Below, piece by piece: positions 61,211 through 64,000 of a stretch of 64,000 nucleotides of DNA; within the stretch, counting starts at the first letter, position 1; each line of letters opens with the position of its first letter. The stretch lies in NCBI GenBank assembly GCA_964016885.1, contig OZ024742.1, forward strand, positions 35,092,001 through 35,156,000. The letters run 5' to 3'. Source of the DNA: Eledone cirrhosa. Lineage: Eukaryota. The position numbers and the translations under genes are program-made. The notes beneath the pieces are model-generated. The model had not been told where the DNA came from, ran no database searches, and worked only from the letters and a program-made list of their open reading frames with translations.

Positions 61211-61600
61211 GGATGATATAGGATGTGATTCAGCAGGAATTTGGTTGCTATTTCTAGCATGTCAAATGATGACTGAAAAAATAGTGGATCCCTCAAAGGA
61301 GTGGCTGATTACATGGTGCAGAGGAGGAGGTGGGTGGTGGTTGTGGTTGAGAATGTAAGTGTAAGATGAGACGGAGTTTAGATATAGAGAGTGGTGATGG
61401 TGTGGTATTGTATGCCATAGCATTAAATCTTCAACTCCACCACCACTGCTTTATTACCCCAACCTTCCTCCAGCACCACATCTATAATTGGTAATCAGCC
61501 AGTCCACTTAATCCCTCTCCCCTTCTACCACTGATCTTCCTCTGTCACTATCTGATTAACCTTGAGCCAGAAATAACCAGTCTATATATATGATTGCAAT

Positions 61601-61744
<144 letters not shown>

Positions 61745-61998
61745 CATCATCATCATTTTATGTCTACTTTCCATGCTTGCATGGGTTATCACAATTTCAA
61801 ATTGGACAATCCATTTTGGCATGGCTAGATGATCTTCCAAATGTCGGTCATTTTGCAGAGTATATTGGGTGCATTTTATTGTGGCACCAGCACTACCATT
61901 TTACAGAGTGCACTGGATACACTCTATCATGACATCAGTGTTAAACAGTTCATTATATCCTCAACAACACTAAAAACTTTTTTTCATATCATTTGCTC

Positions 61999-63850
61999 TT
62001 AACCCCTTGTCCCCCTAACTACAACTCTAGTCATGACATTAAAATGTCAATGAAAGTTAAAGCATGACTATAGTCATGGTCTGGGGGTACTTATTTCTAA
62101 TGTAAAATACTCAATGATTGGATGAATTAGGAAACTATTTTTATTTTAAACCAATCAAGGAGTGTTTTATAAATAATTTTTTAATATAAGGGCATGTTGC
62201 AATTAGTCGCTCTCTTTTTGAGAGAGAAAGAGATGTGTTAATAATTGTTTCTACGTTTGGCACAAGGCCAGCAATTACCCAGTGCATTACTGGTACTTTA
62301 TTTTATCGACCCCGTAAGGATGAAAGGCAAAGTTAACCTCGGCGGGATTTGAACTCAGATTGGCAAGGGCTGTAACTCTATGCGTCAAAGCATGGCGTCA
62401 GACTCTCTACCGATACTGCCAATCTATAATTTATATCAACAAAGGAATTAGTGGGTGAAACAAATTTTTTTCAAAGGCTTTACTGAAACTGATTTAGTTG
62501 AAGCACAAAAGAAATAAGATTCTTTTATTGAAAATGAACAGAATTTATCAGACATTGATTTAATGTCAGAGTCTGGCTTTGATGATGATGATATATCGAT
62601 GAATTCAAATGAAAATGAAGATGAAAACAAACACACGTTAGAGTGGAGTGATCAATTTTCTGAAGTCGATGTTGATGCATTCAGAGGAAATCCTGGACCG
62701 GTAAATATTTTGGATATTGAGAAGAAAGAGCTAAATTTTTTTCTTTCAAATATTTAATAAGGATTTGTTTGATTAGCTTGCAATTGAAACAAATAAATAC
62801 ACTGAGAAGGCCCTGATTGGAAATAGCAAGACACAACTACTTCGGAAATTGTGTTTTTTAAAAGATAATTTATTCCAGTCGGCAGGGATCAGGAGATTGA
62901 TTACAAGGGACAGACTGGACAATCTGAACTAGTATTTCCATATTTCAGATGTCACCCAGAATCCAGCATGTGGCCACCCTGACCACGACCAACTTGCCCA
63001 TGTTTAGCCATTTATTGAAAGGATATATAGGAATTTGAAGTCACAGTACAGTCCACACTGAAATATCAATTGATGAGGGCATGGTTGCTTTCACTGGATG
63101 ACTTGGTGTCAAACAATATCTTTCGCTGAAGCCTACAAAGAGTGGAATAAAAGTGTGGGTACAGGCTGATCCATGCAACGGCTATGTAAACATCTTCCAA
63201 TGTTTACATGTCCCAAATCAAACAGGACAAGGATTTGGAGAAAGAGATGTGAAGAACCTCACAAAGGACATATGAGGGAAATATCACCACCTGTATTGTG
63301 ATAATGTTTTCTCCTCTGTCAAACTCTTTGAGGAGCTTTTAAAGATTTGGACCTATGCTTATGGCGTAATAAGAAAAAGTAGGAAAGACCTGCCAAAAGC
63401 TGTTAACTCAACAAAATTGAAGAAACAAGTTGACACAATACTGAGGCAAAAAGGGAAGCTAGTGGCAACAATCTGGCATGATAAGAAGACTTTGGCACTA
63501 CTAACCACAAATTCCAGTCCTTATTATTTTATAAGTGTCCAGCAAAAACAAAGGACCAGGAACACTGCATTGTGCCATGTTTAATGGCAGTAAAAGACTA
63601 CACGGGGCACATGAATGGAGTAGACCAAATAAACCAGTAGAGAGCCAACTACTGAATTGGAAGGAAGTTAAATAAATGATGGAAGTATTTGTTTTATTTT
63701 GTTGTTGATGTTTGTCATTTGTGTTAATGAAAGAATCCCCAAACCATAAACTCCTGTCTAGAAAAAGCAAAGAAAAAATATGTACCCAGTTGAGTTTTAG
63801 AATGAACCTAGCCCATCGACATATTGGGAACTATTCCTATAAAAGGAAAA
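61999..63850 (+). pseudogene. piggyBac (PGBD4-like) transposon relic with SINE A insertion at 62240-62425
   Basis: TTAA-CCC start at 61999. Acidic N-terminus (ORF 62563-62757), then LAIETNKY, IDEGMVAFTG, KQYLSLKPTKSGIKVW, HLYCDNVFSSVKLF, IWHDKK, MNGVDQINQ, WKYLFYF across stops and frameshifts. Confidence 0.88.
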
Positions 63851-64000
63851 TGCCCCTGGAATAAATTCCCCCAGTTTAGGGTGTACATGTGTATATGCAG
63901 TTATTAGATGCAAAATTTTTGGAATGATTTACATAGTTTTACTGTTCCATTAATGGATTGTACTTGTAATTTCCTAACTAGTTGTGTTCTTTCTGTTCCT

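Overview
Eukaryotic, AT-rich, repeat-dense genomic DNA. The SINE/LINE and microsatellite landscape looks molluscan, probably coleoid cephalopod (inference, not verified). The only host gene I can support is cytoplasmic arginyl-tRNA synthetase (RARS1-like, + strand). It has nine GT-AG exons between 7190 and 25095 that splice in frame from the N-terminal coiled-coil extension through the HVGH (HIGH) motif to ...[10 protein letters not shown]. The first exon and the C-terminal exons (KKFKTRSG onward) were not found, so roughly 39 kb after 25095 appears to be one very large intron or a break in the gene. The rest is mobile and repetitive DNA: an intact 1006-aa RTE-type LINE with a PHD-like finger inside its RT and a 202-bp monomer array at its 5' end, many decayed RTE copies, two tRNA-derived SINE families, TTAA piggyBac-type MITEs, and piggyBac, Tc1/mariner and CRE-type relics. 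There are also Penelope-like pseudo-LTRs carrying minimal hammerhead ribozymes, several long intronic inverted repeats, and a 25-mer/29-mer purine-rich satellite. I did not find a demonstrably new multi-gene system. The most notable signals are the hammerhead/Penelope structures, the PHD-bearing intact LINE and its SINE partner, a decayed duplicate of an RARS exon start, and two unrelated retroelements inserted at the same nucleotide of one MITE family.
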